A stretch of 64,000 nucleotides of DNA from Thermoplasmata archaeon (GCA_027314165.1 DAHVCH010000011.1:1990-65989); one strand, 5' to 3'; positions 15,867 through 24,841 are shown, counted from the first letter of the stretch. Notes: generated by a model from the letters alone, not told the origin. Translations and numbers: made by a program.

Positions 15867-16361
15867 CTACGCCCCGGCCGGGTCACGCCTCGCTTCCGGC
15901 AATCGCCCGACGCGGGTGCCCGGGACGCCCCGCTCGTCGAACGGGGGCGGCGGGAGATGGTCCCGCGACGCAGACCGCAAACCGCGTAACGACCCGCTCC
16001 CGTACGGGACCGGCCCAGGGCCCCAGGCTTCAAGCGACCGCCATCCAACATGTTGGACCTTATGCCTTTGCTTCCACCCGGCTCCGGTCGTCGATGTTGT
16101 CCGCGGAAGGGAACCGGCCCGTTCCCTCCGCGCCTCTGACGCGCCCACGGCAGGTCGACCGCCCCTCCGGGGCCCGGTGTCGACGCGGCGTGCGGGGAGG
16201 CTCAGATCTCCACGGCCGACGGAGAGGACCACGCGCCCCCCACCGGAGCCCAGCGGCCCCAAGCCGGACCTCACGTCACGAGAGAGCCACCCGCGAGATG
16301 GGTCGCATCGATCGACCGCGCTCGTCCCGCCCTCGACCGACCGCAGGGGAATGACCCGAGG

Positions 16362-17174
16362 ATGACGAACCGGATGCGGTCGCCGAAGGCCCGGGACCAC
16401 GCCCACGACCAGCTCACCGCCATCACCTTCGACCTGTGGGGAACGCTGCTCCACCTCTCCCCTCGCAACGCCGCCCGGTACGAGGAGGAACGGGAGAGGA
16501 TCTGGCTCGACTCGGCGAGGGCCTGGCCGCGCGTCGAGGGCGCGGAGCCCGTGAAGGGTTCGGAGAAGGAGGCGCGGGCCCAGGTCGTCCAGGAGACCCG
16601 GAAGGAGGCCACGCTCGGCCGCACGAGGTCCGTGGAGGCCCAGGGTCACCGGTTGGCCGAGCTCCTGGGACGGGAGTACCACCCGGGCTGCGTCTCGCGA
16701 CAGCTGGACCCGCTGGTCCGACGCCTGCCGGTGCGCATCGAGCCCGCGGACCGAAGGACCCTCGCGGAGCTGGAGCGGTCCGGCCTTCGCCTGGGGGTGG
16801 TCTCGAACCTCCTCTTCGAGCCGGCCGAGAGCGTCCGTGCCCTTCTCGCCGAGCATCACCTCCTGCGCTTCTTCCATCACGTCTCGTTGAGCGAGGAGCT
16901 TCCCTGGTGCAAGCCCTCGCCCCGGATCTTCCAGGACTGCCTGGAGGAGCTCGGGGTCCCGGCGTGCCATGCCGCGCACGTGGGAGACTCGGAAGAGGAC
17001 GTGACGGGAGCCACGCGTGAAGGGTACGGAGCGGTCGGGTTCATCGGATCGACACGCCGCACGGTCCCCCGCACCGGGAGCGCCTCCGCCTCCCCCTCTC
17101 GCCGGGGCGCGCGCCCCCGCTGCGTCCACCTGGGCAGCGTGAGCGAACTGACCCGGAAGCTTCTCAAGGTGTAG
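16362..17174 (+). CDS. HAD-superfamily hydrolase
   Basis: Motif I ITFDLWGTLL, motif II VVSN, motif III KPSPRIF, motif IV HVGDSEEDV. Confidence 0.75.
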   Translation: MTNRMRSPKARDHAHDQLTAITFDLWGTLLHLSPRNAARYEEERERIWLDSARAWPRVEGAEPVKGSEKEARAQVVQETRKEATLGRTRSVEAQGHRLAELLGREYHPGCVSRQLDPLVRRLPVRIEPADRRTLAELERSGLRLGVVSNLLFEPAESVRALLAEHHLLRFFHHVSLSEELPWCKPSPRIFQDCLEELGVPACHAAHVGDSEEDVTGATREGYGAVGFIGSTRRTVPRTGSASASPSRRGARPRCVHLGSVSELTRKLLKV

Positions 17175-17344
17175 CGCGCGGTCCTGCGCCGCACCCCACC
17201 TCGCACCGGGCGCGGTTCCCCTCCCGCGACCCATCCTCCTCGGGGCGCGCCCGCTCGGCGGACCCCTCCGCGGCCCCTCCTCGCGGGTCGTGCCGGTGGA
17301 AATAGTGAGGAGCCGTAATATACGGAGCCGAACGTCCATGCGAC

Positions 17345-17854
17345 ATGTCCGTCGCGGCGCTACGGGCGAAGCCTCGTGGGAAGCCGCGCGAGGAGCCCCA
17401 GCCCGCCACCTGGGGACCCTTCGACGACTACCGGTGCGCGCACCACACGTTCCGCCGGGTCCTAGGTCGCATCCTCGGACCCTTCGAGCTCGCGGTGTCG
17501 GACTACACGGCGCTCCGCCTCGCGAGCGCGGAACCGGTCCGGCCGTCCTTCCTGAGCGCGCATCTGGGGGTCTCCCCGGCGGCGACGACGGAGGTCCTCG
17601 ACCGTCTCGAGGCCCGAGGGCTCGTGCGGAGGGAGCGCGACCCCACCGACCGGAGGGCCGTCGCGGTGAGCCTGACCGAGAACGGGGCGAAGCTCTACCG
17701 CCGCGCCTCCCAGGCCCACCGCGCCTTCCTCGACTCGCTCGCGCGTGACATGCGCCCCCACGAACTGGAGGCGCTCCGGTCCGGTTCCCTGGAGCTGCGC
17801 CGGGTGCTCGAGGAACGGTCGCGGGAGCTGGACCTGGGCGAGAAGGAGACCTGA
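17345..17854 (+). CDS. MarR-family transcriptional regulator
   Basis: …LSAHLGVSPAATTEVLDRLEARGLVRRERDPTDRRAVAVSLTENG… is a classic MarR wHTH. Its stop overlaps the start of the downstream MFS gene (ATGA at 17851-17854). Confidence 0.85.
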   Translation: MSVAALRAKPRGKPREEPQPATWGPFDDYRCAHHTFRRVLGRILGPFELAVSDYTALRLASAEPVRPSFLSAHLGVSPAATTEVLDRLEARGLVRRERDPTDRRAVAVSLTENGAKLYRRASQAHRAFLDSLARDMRPHELEALRSGSLELRRVLEERSRELDLGEKET

Positions 17855-19668
17855 TGGTCGCCTACAAGTGGACCGTCCTCTCCAACACCACGCTGGGAGC
17901 GCTCCTCGCCTCCCTCGACGGGACGATCGTCCTGATCTCGCTCCCGGTGATCTTCCAGGGGCTCGGGGTCGACCCGTTCCTGCCTTCGAGCTTCCCGCTC
18001 CTCATCTGGATGCTCCTGGGCTACGGCGTCGTCACCGGCACGCTGCTCGTCTCCATGGGCCGGCTTTCCGACATGTGGGGGCGGGCCCGGATGTACAACT
18101 TTGGGTTCGCCATCTTCTCGGCGGGGTCGGTCGCGTTGTTCCTGACCCCGAGCTCGGGGGACGCGGGGGCCTGGGAGCTCATCGGCTTCCGGCTCGTGCA
18201 GGCGGTGGGCGCCTCCTTCCTCTTCGCGAACTCGGCGGCCCTCATCACCGACGCCTTCCCTCCGAGCGAGCGCGGGAAGGCCATCGGCGTCAACCAGGTG
18301 GCGTTCCTGGGAGGCTCCATCGTCGGGCTCATCACCGGCGGGGTGCTCGCCTCCATCCCCGACCTCCACTTCGGGCCCTTCGTCCTCCCGACCTGGAGGA
18401 TCATCTTCCTGGTCAGCGTCCCCGTGGGCGTCTTCGGGACGATCTGGGCCTACGCCCGGCTGCGGGAGACCTCCGTCCGCAGCCGGCACCAGAAGATCGA
18501 CCTCCTCGGGAACGTCACCTTCGCGGTGGGGCTCACCCTGCTCCTGGTCTCGACCACCTACGGCCTCCTCCCCTACGGCGGCTCGGCGATGGGGTGGGGC
18601 AACCCCTGGGTGTGGGGCGGGTTCCTCACCGGGGCGGCGCTGCTCCTGCTCTTCCTGCGCATCGAGACCCGGGTCCCGGACCCGATGTTCCGGCTCCAGT
18701 TCTTCCGGGTCCGGGCCTTCTCGGCCGGGGTCTCCTCCTCCTTCCTCGGATCGGTCGCGCGCGGGGGGATGATGCTCCTCCTGGTCCTGTGGTTCCAGGG
18801 GATCTGGCTCCCGCTGCACGGCTACTCGTTCGCGGAGACCCCGTTCTGGGCCGGCGTGATGATGGCCCCCATGATGGTGGGCTTCATCGTCGCGGGCCCG
18901 ATCAGCGGATGGATCTCCGACCGCAAGGGGGCCCGGGTCATCTCGACGGTGGGCATGGCCCTGGGCTCGGCGACCTTCTTCGCGCTCGCGTTCCTTCCGT
19001 CCGACTTCGCCTACTGGCAGATGGCCGTGATCATCTTCCTGCAGGGGTGCGGGATGGGGATGTTCGCCTCGCCGAACGCGGCTTCGGTGATGAACTCGGT
19101 CCCGGCGGAGAACCGTGGCGCGGCCTCGGGGATGCTCGCGACGCTGCAGAACATCGGGCAGCAGACCTCCATGGCGCTCTTCTTCACGATCCTGGTGCTC
19201 GGGCTCTCGACGGGGCTCTCGGTGTCGGTCTCGGGGGCGCTGGCGGGGGCCCACGTGGGACCGCCCGACCAGGGGATCCTGACCACCATCGTCTCCTCCG
19301 ACCCGACCGGAGCGCTCTTCGGCGCCTTCCTCGGCGAGAACCCGATGACCGGCATCCTGGCGCACGCCTCGACGGTCCCCGGTTGGCAGGCCCTTCCTCT
19401 CAGCACGCAATCGACGCTCACCGCGCCCCACTTCTTCGCGACGGCGATCGCCGGCGCCTTCTCCTCCGCCATGTCGGAGGCGTTCATGTTCGCCGGCCTG
19501 GTCACGGCGCTAAGCGCGGTGATCTCGGCGTTCCGGGGAGAGCGCTACGTCTGGGGCGAGACCACCACGACCGGATCGGGTGCCTCCGAGCGGAAAGCCG
19601 CAGAGCAGGGACCCCAGGTGGGAGGGCTCTTCCGCGGCGCCGGCAGCTGGATGCGACGCTTCCGCTGA
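17854..19668 (+). CDS. MFS transporter, DHA2/EmrB-like (14-TM drug:H+ antiporter type)
   Basis: 604 aa. N-terminus …WTVLSNTTLGALLASLDGTIVLISLPVI…, motif …GRLSDMWGRARMY…, and many TM segments. Translationally coupled to marR. Confidence 0.85.
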   Translation: MVAYKWTVLSNTTLGALLASLDGTIVLISLPVIFQGLGVDPFLPSSFPLLIWMLLGYGVVTGTLLVSMGRLSDMWGRARMYNFGFAIFSAGSVALFLTPSSGDAGAWELIGFRLVQAVGASFLFANSAALITDAFPPSERGKAIGVNQVAFLGGSIVGLITGGVLASIPDLHFGPFVLPTWRIIFLVSVPVGVFGTIWAYARLRETSVRSRHQKIDLLGNVTFAVGLTLLLVSTTYGLLPYGGSAMGWGNPWVWGGFLTGAALLLLFLRIETRVPDPMFRLQFFRVRAFSAGVSSSFLGSVARGGMMLLLVLWFQGIWLPLHGYSFAETPFWAGVMMAPMMVGFIVAGPISGWISDRKGARVISTVGMALGSATFFALAFLPSDFAYWQMAVIIFLQGCGMGMFASPNAASVMNSVPAENRGAASGMLATLQNIGQQTSMALFFTILVLGLSTGLSVSVSGALAGAHVGPPDQGILTTIVSSDPTGALFGAFLGENPMTGILAHASTVPGWQALPLSTQSTLTAPHFFATAIAGAFSSAMSEAFMFAGLVTALSAVISAFRGERYVWGETTTTGSGASERKAAEQGPQVGGLFRGAGSWMRRFR

Positions 19669-19805
19669 AGCGACCGCCGTCTAGGCGCGGCAACTTCTCG
19701 AGAAGCGGGCCGAAGCGCGAAGGCCTGGCCTCGACCTCCAGGGGGGAGCCCGCCGAGGTAGGGAGGAGAAGGCGCGAAGGCGCGCCCGGCAGCTCCGAGC
19801 GCGGA

Positions 19806-20027
19806 CTACTTGCTCTTCGGGCCCTTGGGGGCGCGCGCCGGCTTCTCGGCCTTCGGCGCGGGGGCCTTGTCGGCCTCCGAATACCCGCACTTGCCGCAGG
19901 AGCGGCGGGGGCGCGGGGAGCCGTGCTGCGCCATGATGACGCCCGGCCCGCACTTCGGGCAGAAGGTGTGGGTACGGGTCAGCGTCTCGCCCTGGACGGT
20001 GTAGAAACCGGTTCGCGCCTTTCCCAT
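19806..20027 (-). CDS. rps27ae: Ribosomal protein eS31 (S27ae)
   Basis: MGKARTGFYTVQGETLTRTHTFCPKCGPGVIMAQHGSPRPRRSCGKCGYS… is a zinc ribbon. ATG 20027 lies 8 nt after the S24e stop and is preceded by GGGAG. It ends in a K/A/P-rich tail. Confidence 0.85.
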   Translation of the reverse strand: MGKARTGFYTVQGETLTRTHTFCPKCGPGVIMAQHGSPRPRRSCGKCGYSEADKAPAPKAEKPARAPKGPKSK

Positions 20028-20035
20028 GGTCTCCC

Positions 20036-20416
20036 TCACGCCTTCGCTGGTGCCTTGGTCTCGCCCTTGGCCTCGGGCTTGGCAGCGGGGGCGGGTTCGG
20101 CGGCGGCAGCGCCACCGGGGCCCTTCTGCGGCTTCTCCTTGAGACCGTTACGGATCAGGATGTGCTCGCGGACCACCTTGTTCACGAGGTCCTTCGAGTC
20201 GTAGGCGTGCGCGCTGCCACGGGAGCGCTGGACGCCGAACCGGGCGCGCATCCATTCGAGGATGAGCCGGTCCTTGGGGACCTTCAGCGCCTCGGCGAGG
20301 GCCTTGCGGACCTCGTCGCGCTTCGGGGTCGGTCCCTCGGGGTGAGCGACCTCGAAGAGGTACTCCTTCCGCCCGAGGAGCAGGTTGTGCTTCTCACTAA
20401 TGACCTTGATGTCCAT
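20036..20416 (-). CDS. rps24e: Ribosomal protein eS24 (S24e)
   Basis: MDIKVISEKHNLLLGRKEYLFEVAHPEGPTPKRDEVRKALAEALKVPKDRLILEWMRARFG…. It has a ~35-aa A/P/K/E-rich C-terminal tail. Confidence 0.9.
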   Translation of the reverse strand: MDIKVISEKHNLLLGRKEYLFEVAHPEGPTPKRDEVRKALAEALKVPKDRLILEWMRARFGVQRSRGSAHAYDSKDLVNKVVREHILIRNGLKEKPQKGPGGAAAAEPAPAAKPEAKGETKAPAKA

Positions 20417-20876
20417 GGTTCGCGGGGCGTGCCTCCATGCCTTCCAGGATCGTCCGTACTCGCTCCTTCGCCGCGTTGTCCACGGCGAGGAAGCAGACGC
20501 CCGCACCTGGCTGTCCGTATATAACGGTGCTACCGGCCGGGAGCTCCAAGACGAGCGGGAGGACCGCGAGGTCCTCCTCTCCGTCGACGACGAGGAGCCC
20601 TCCGCCCCCGGCCACCAGTTCGTGGATGGCCTTCTGGAGCTCCGCGGTCACCTGCCCCGGAGGGTTCCGCGCCCAGAGCTCCCGGCGGGTCGCGAGGGGC
20701 CCCAGGTCGGTGATCTCCGTCGTCCGCTCCCGCAGCGTATGGCCGTCGACGACGGCGGCGAAGGGGGGATGGCCCCACTTCACCGCGTTCACGCTGACCA
20801 CGTCACCGCAGGCCACGACCAGGCCCGCGGTCGCGAGGCGACGCTTGGCCTCCTCGGTCGGGAGGACGGGTCCCAT
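20397..20876 (-). CDS. DUF359 protein (archaeal GTP-dependent dephospho-CoA kinase family)
   Basis: …VVACGDVVSVNAVKWGHPPFAAVVDGHTLRE…LLVVDGEEDLAVLPLVLELPAGSTVIYGQPGAGV…. It sits in the conserved position between spt4 and rps24e. The N-terminus is uncertain (see findings). Confidence 0.7.
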   Translation of the reverse strand: MGPVLPTEEAKRRLATAGLVVACGDVVSVNAVKWGHPPFAAVVDGHTLRERTTEITDLGPLATRRELWARNPPGQVTAELQKAIHELVAGGGGLLVVDGEEDLAVLPLVLELPAGSTVIYGQPGAGVCFLAVDNAAKERVRTILEGMEARPANHGHQGH

Positions 20877-20937
20877 CGGGCGCGAGAGCTCCTCGCGCAG
20901 TTCCGGACGAAGGTAGAGGTCCTTCGTGGCCGCCTCG

Positions 20938-21126
20938 TCACTTCACGCGCAGTGCGTAGCGTCCAGCGGCCTTGATGCCCATCTTGCGGGCGATCTCGGA
21001 CTTCTCGGGGTCGACGACGATGAGGTAACCCTGCCACTCCTTGCTCGTCTCCCCGCCGCATTTCGGGCACTTCATCTGGTCGGAGATCGAGTGGCAGTTG
21101 CGGCAAGCGCGCTGGGTGATCGCCAT
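20938..21126 (-). CDS. spt4: Transcription elongation factor Spt4 (RpoE'')
   Basis: MAITQRACRNCHSISDQMKCPKCGGETSKEWQGYLIVVDPEKSEIARKMGI… shows the zinc ribbon and NGN-binding fold sequence typical of Spt4. Confidence 0.85.
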   Translation of the reverse strand: MAITQRACRNCHSISDQMKCPKCGGETSKEWQGYLIVVDPEKSEIARKMGIKAAGRYALRVK

Positions 21127-21139
21127 CGCTACCTACTCC

Positions 21140-21790
21140 TCAGGCCGCCTTGGCCTTGGCCGCGGCGGGAGGTGCAGGAGCGGCCGCCTTCTTGCCGCCG
21201 CCTCCGCCGCCACCGCCTCCACGGCCACCCTCGGCCTTCTCGGTCTTCTTGTGGGACTCGGCGATCCACTCGAGGCGGCCGAGCCCGGGCTGACGCATGG
21301 TCAGTCCGATCCGGCTGTCCCGCGGGGAGATCTCGGAGAGCGAAAGGGAGACGATACGGGCCCGGACCTTGTACCCGACGCGCAGGTCCCGCTTGGTCTC
21401 GACGCCGACCAGGCGCTGGTTGTGCTCGTCGATGTTCACCCGGTCGTCCATGATCTGGCTGACGTGGAGGAGACCGTCCAGCGGCCCGAAGCGCACGAAC
21501 GCCCCGAACTTCCGGACCTCGACGACCTGGCCCTCGATGACCTCCTGGAGCTCCGGTCGGAAGAGGATCGCGGTGTACTCGACGTCCTGGTAGACGCCGC
21601 CGTCACCGTGGATGATCCGGCCCTCTCCGATGAGCTTGACGTTCGTGATGAGGACGGTCAGGCTCTGGCCGTCCAGCAGCTTCCCTTCGAACTGCTGCTG
21701 CGCGAGCTCGGAGATGACATCCCCGATGTCTGGCGAAAGGCGCGCGGGCGGAATGCGAACGACGTCCCGGCGGGTCTCCAAATAATACAT
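21140..21790 (-). CDS. rpoE1: DNA-directed RNA polymerase subunit E' (Rpo7) with Gly-run / Ala-Lys-Pro tail
   Basis: MYYLETRRDVVRIPPARL… at the N-terminus, then an S1 domain (…GQVVEVRKFGAFVRFGPLDGLLHVSQIMDD…). The C-terminus is …AEGGRGGGGGGGGGKKAAAPAPPAAAKAKAA. Confidence 0.9.
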   Translation of the reverse strand: MYYLETRRDVVRIPPARLSPDIGDVISELAQQQFEGKLLDGQSLTVLITNVKLIGEGRIIHGDGGVYQDVEYTAILFRPELQEVIEGQVVEVRKFGAFVRFGPLDGLLHVSQIMDDRVNIDEHNQRLVGVETKRDLRVGYKVRARIVSLSLSEISPRDSRIGLTMRQPGLGRLEWIAESHKKTEKAEGGRGGGGGGGGGKKAAAPAPPAAAKAKAA

Positions 21791-21817
21791 CGGGCTCGAG
21801 GCGCGACAAGAACGCCC

Positions 21818-21825
21818 TATATAAA
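21818..21825 (-). promoter_or_regulatory. TATA box (TTTATATA on the minus strand) of the rpoE'-spt4-…-rps27ae cluster
   Basis: This is the only AT-rich octamer in the spacer. It lies 28-35 nt upstream of ATG 21790, which implies a leaderless or very short-leader mRNA. Confidence 0.5.
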
Positions 21826-21979
21826 GGGAATTGGGGCCGCGGGGGGTTTTCCAGAGAGGCCGCCCTCGAGGGGAGGCCCGGGGGGGGGCCCCCCGGGCGC
21901 GGGGCCCCCGACGCCGGACCCGCGGGTCCAGGGGGGGACGCCCGTCGTCCGGGGAGGGGGGGAGACCAGCTCCGCCCCC

Positions 21980-23008
21980 CTAGGCGCCGACGCGGAGGAT
22001 CCCCAGGGCCTGGTCCGTCCGCTCGATGCTCTTCCGGGGGTCGGTCTCCAGCTGGAACATCGCCCGCAGGGCGTCGATGTTCTCCGGCACGACGATGGAC
22101 TCCTGGTGGATGGCCTGGAAGAAGTAGAGGTCGCTCCCCTCCAGCTTCAGCCCCTCCTCCCAGAGGACGTTCTCCATCACGTCGTTCCGCGACCGGCCCA
22201 GGTCGCGCGCCCACTCGATCACCTGGGGGGTGCCCTCCATGCGGTCCGAGGCCCGGAACATGACGAAGCGGGGGGTGGTGCGGAAGGCCGCCATCACGTC
22301 GCTCCCGCTCGAGGGGGGGTGGGCCAGGCGCACGTGGTTCACGTGGACGTGCATGAGCGTCGTGGGCACGACCACCGCCGAGGTCGCGATCGGAAGGTCG
22401 GGGAAGATGGTCCGGACGTCCGGGCCGTGGTGGGAGGGCAGGGTCATCGTGGGGAGGATCCCGTTGATGGGCCCGCGCCTCGACTCCCCGGGGTCCGCCG
22501 CCCGGCGGACCAGCGTCGCCTCCCAGCGCTCGACCCCGAACCTCTCCCGGAGGACGGCGGCCGCCCGGGAGAGCCCGGTGGTGTTGCAGGAGACGACGCG
22601 GACCTTGCGCGCCCCCAGGCAGGAAGCGTAGTTGGCGAGCGCGCTGAAGGAGCGGTCGGCCACGGTGGCCTTCTCGCCGCCCTGCCAGACCGCGGCGACC
22701 TTCGCCTCCTCGTAGAGGGCCTTGTTCGCGGCCCCCACCTTCTCGGGGGTGCAGTCGACGACGACGTCGACGCTCCGGAGAAGCTCAGGAAGGGTCCCGG
22801 CCGTCGGGATCCCCGCCGCGTCGAAGTCGGCCTTCTTCCCATCGCCCGCGAGGAAGACCGGATAGCCCTTCTCCATCGCCCGGCGGGCCTCGAACCCCGG
22901 CTTGGTCTTCGCGACCCCGACCAGGGTCATGTCCGTCTGCAGGCGGACCGCGTCCGCCACCCGCTTGCCGATCGTCCCGTAGCCGTTGACGGCCACCTTC
23001 AGTGACAT
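21980..23008 (-). CDS. gap: Archaeal-type (class II) glyceraldehyde-3-phosphate dehydrogenase
   Basis: MSLKVAVNGYGTIGKRVADAV…VVSCNTTGLSR…LPSHHGPDV… are hallmark archaeal GAPDH motifs. The ORF-track N-terminal extension (to 23137) was rejected. Confidence 0.9.
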   Translation of the reverse strand: MSLKVAVNGYGTIGKRVADAVRLQTDMTLVGVAKTKPGFEARRAMEKGYPVFLAGDGKKADFDAAGIPTAGTLPELLRSVDVVVDCTPEKVGAANKALYEEAKVAAVWQGGEKATVADRSFSALANYASCLGARKVRVVSCNTTGLSRAAAVLRERFGVERWEATLVRRAADPGESRRGPINGILPTMTLPSHHGPDVRTIFPDLPIATSAVVVPTTLMHVHVNHVRLAHPPSSGSDVMAAFRTTPRFVMFRASDRMEGTPQVIEWARDLGRSRNDVMENVLWEEGLKLEGSDLYFFQAIHQESIVVPENIDALRAMFQLETDPRKSIERTDQALGILRVGA

Positions 23009-23161
23009 ACAAGGGGCCCAGCCGCGGGGGGACATAGTCGTGTCTCGTTCCGGGGGGGTCGCGGCCCGGGGGGGGGCGCCGGAAAGGTGGAAGGGAGCTG
23101 CCCGCGCGCGGGTTGCGGAACGAGGAAATACTCGCACCTAGGATGAGAAGGGCAGGACCTC

Positions 23162-23494
23162 ATGGCCGTACCCCCCACGCAGCCCGAAAAGCACAGCCAC
23201 GCCGGCGGCGTCCTCGCGCTGTTCCTCCTGATCTTCGGGTTCGGGCTCGGCTACTTCCTGAGCCCCATCCTGGCCGGGCTCTTGGGCCTCCTGGTGCTCT
23301 GGATGGGCTGGAAGTTCCTCAAGTGGCGCGTCGACCCGCTCGACATGTTCTTCTGGATGAAGTCGAAGCCGAGCTGGGCCTCGGTGGGGCTCACCTGGCT
23401 CTCGGGACTCCTCCTGCTCGGGGCGGCGTACGCGACGTACATCCTCAACCACCACAGCCTGATCGGCTGGTACCTTCGGCTGAAGGGCTTCTAG
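23162..23494 (+). CDS. Small membrane protein (3 predicted TM)
   Basis: 110 aa with strongly hydrophobic segments: GGVLALFLLIFGFGLGYFLSPILAGLLGLLVLWMGW… and ASVGLTWLSGLLLLGAAYATYIL. No family recognised. Confidence 0.5.
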   Translation: MAVPPTQPEKHSHAGGVLALFLLIFGFGLGYFLSPILAGLLGLLVLWMGWKFLKWRVDPLDMFFWMKSKPSWASVGLTWLSGLLLLGAAYATYILNHHSLIGWYLRLKGF

Positions 23495-23612
23495 AGGGCG
23501 CGCAGAAGCGAGCGCCCGGGGCCCGGGACGGGCACCGAACGGGCCATGAGGACCGAACGCCGTCCGAGGACAAGCCAAATAGCCGGAGCCTTTCGTCCCG
23601 CCGGCGAGCTCC

Positions 23613-24821
23613 ATGGACTTCCGTCTGTCCCCCGAGGAAGAGGCCTTCCAATCGACCCTCCGACGCTTCGGCGACGAGGTCCTCCGCAAGAACGAGCAGG
23701 AGATCGACGACACCGGGACCATCCCCGCGAAGGTCCTAGACGAGATGGCCCGGCTCGGGCTGTTCGCGATGCCGGTCCCCGAGGAGTACGGGGGCATGGG
23801 CGCCACCGCCATCCAGACCGAGATCGCCGCGGAAGAGATCGGCCGCGGGGACTTCTCCATGGCGACCGCGGTCTACTTCCTCCTGGAAGCCGGGTGGGGA
23901 TGGATCCTCGCCAAGCACGGGACGGAGGAGACGAAGAAGGAGGTCCTGCCCCCGGTCTGCGCGGGCAAGCACTTCCTGGGGATCGCCACCACCGAGCCCG
24001 GGGGAGGCAGCGACCTCGCGAACATGCGCACCCGCTCCTGGCGCGTCGGCAAGGAGATCGTCGTCGACGGGGAGAAGACGTTCCTCTCCGGGGTCATGGA
24101 GGCCCGCGAGCGCGGAGGCGGCCATGTCACGCTCACGCGCCAGAAGGACGGGAACGGGTTCAACTTCCTCTACGTCCCGGCGAACGCGAAGGGCACGACG
24201 GCGCACAAGCTCGTCAACATGGGCCGGATGGGGATCTCCACCTGCATGCTCCACTACGACGAGGTCCGGGCCCCCGAGCGCTACCTCCTGGGGAAGGAGG
24301 GGAAGGGCTTCGGGGTCGCCATGCAGGGCTTCCAGGTGGCCCGCACGTTCGTCGCGGCGGCCTGCGTCGGGGCGGCCGAGAGGGCGATCGAGACCGGGAT
24401 GGCCTACATCAAGGAACGGCAGGTCTTCGGCCAGCCGCTCGGGAAGTTCGAGGGGATCCAGTTCGAGCTCGCGGACCTCTGGGCCCAGAGCGAGGCCGTG
24501 AAGTGGCAGGTCCGTCGCGCCGCCTGGCTCCTGGACACGTACACGTTCAAGGGCGACAGCACCCACCGCTCCGAGATCGACCGCGTCGTCGCCTCCGTGA
24601 AGCTGACCGCCCCGCAGCTCGCCTTCGACGCGGTGAAGAAGGTCATGATGTGGTTCGGTGCCAGCGGCTACACCAAGGAGGTCGGGCTCGAGCGCGGCCT
24701 GCGCGGCGTCATGAGCTACATGGTGGGCGCGGAGGGCGGCCTGAACGTCATGCGGATGATCCTCGGCCGGGAACTCCTCGGGAAGGAGTTCCTGCCCTAC
24801 GCTCCCCCGGCCGGCGGTTGA
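23613..24821 (+). CDS. Acyl-CoA dehydrogenase
   Basis: 402 aa with ACAD N/M/C domain motifs: …GIATTEPGGGSDLANMRT…, …GEKTFLSGV…, …ERQVFGQPLGKFEGIQFELADL…. Confidence 0.9.
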   Translation: MDFRLSPEEEAFQSTLRRFGDEVLRKNEQEIDDTGTIPAKVLDEMARLGLFAMPVPEEYGGMGATAIQTEIAAEEIGRGDFSMATAVYFLLEAGWGWILAKHGTEETKKEVLPPVCAGKHFLGIATTEPGGGSDLANMRTRSWRVGKEIVVDGEKTFLSGVMEARERGGGHVTLTRQKDGNGFNFLYVPANAKGTTAHKLVNMGRMGISTCMLHYDEVRAPERYLLGKEGKGFGVAMQGFQVARTFVAAACVGAAERAIETGMAYIKERQVFGQPLGKFEGIQFELADLWAQSEAVKWQVRRAAWLLDTYTFKGDSTHRSEIDRVVASVKLTAPQLAFDAVKKVMMWFGASGYTKEVGLERGLRGVMSYMVGAEGGLNVMRMILGRELLGKEFLPYAPPAGG

Positions 24822-24841
24822 GCTCTCCAGAGGGGGCTCTC

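Noticed and set aside
15867-17339. 490-aa minus-strand ORF
   Set aside because: It is antisense to the HAD hydrolase, which has all four HAD motifs. Its 3' part over the 15867-16361 gap is also R/G/P-rich without features.
21041-23005. 654-aa plus-strand ORF
   Set aside because: It is antisense to rpoE' and gap, both unambiguous. It is low-complexity G/R/P/D-rich.
23546-24841. Upstream 432 codons of ORF 23546..25852
   Set aside because: This part overlaps the acyl-CoA dehydrogenase gene in a different frame with junk composition. The ThiL-like protein starts sensibly at ATG 24842, just after the ACAD stop.
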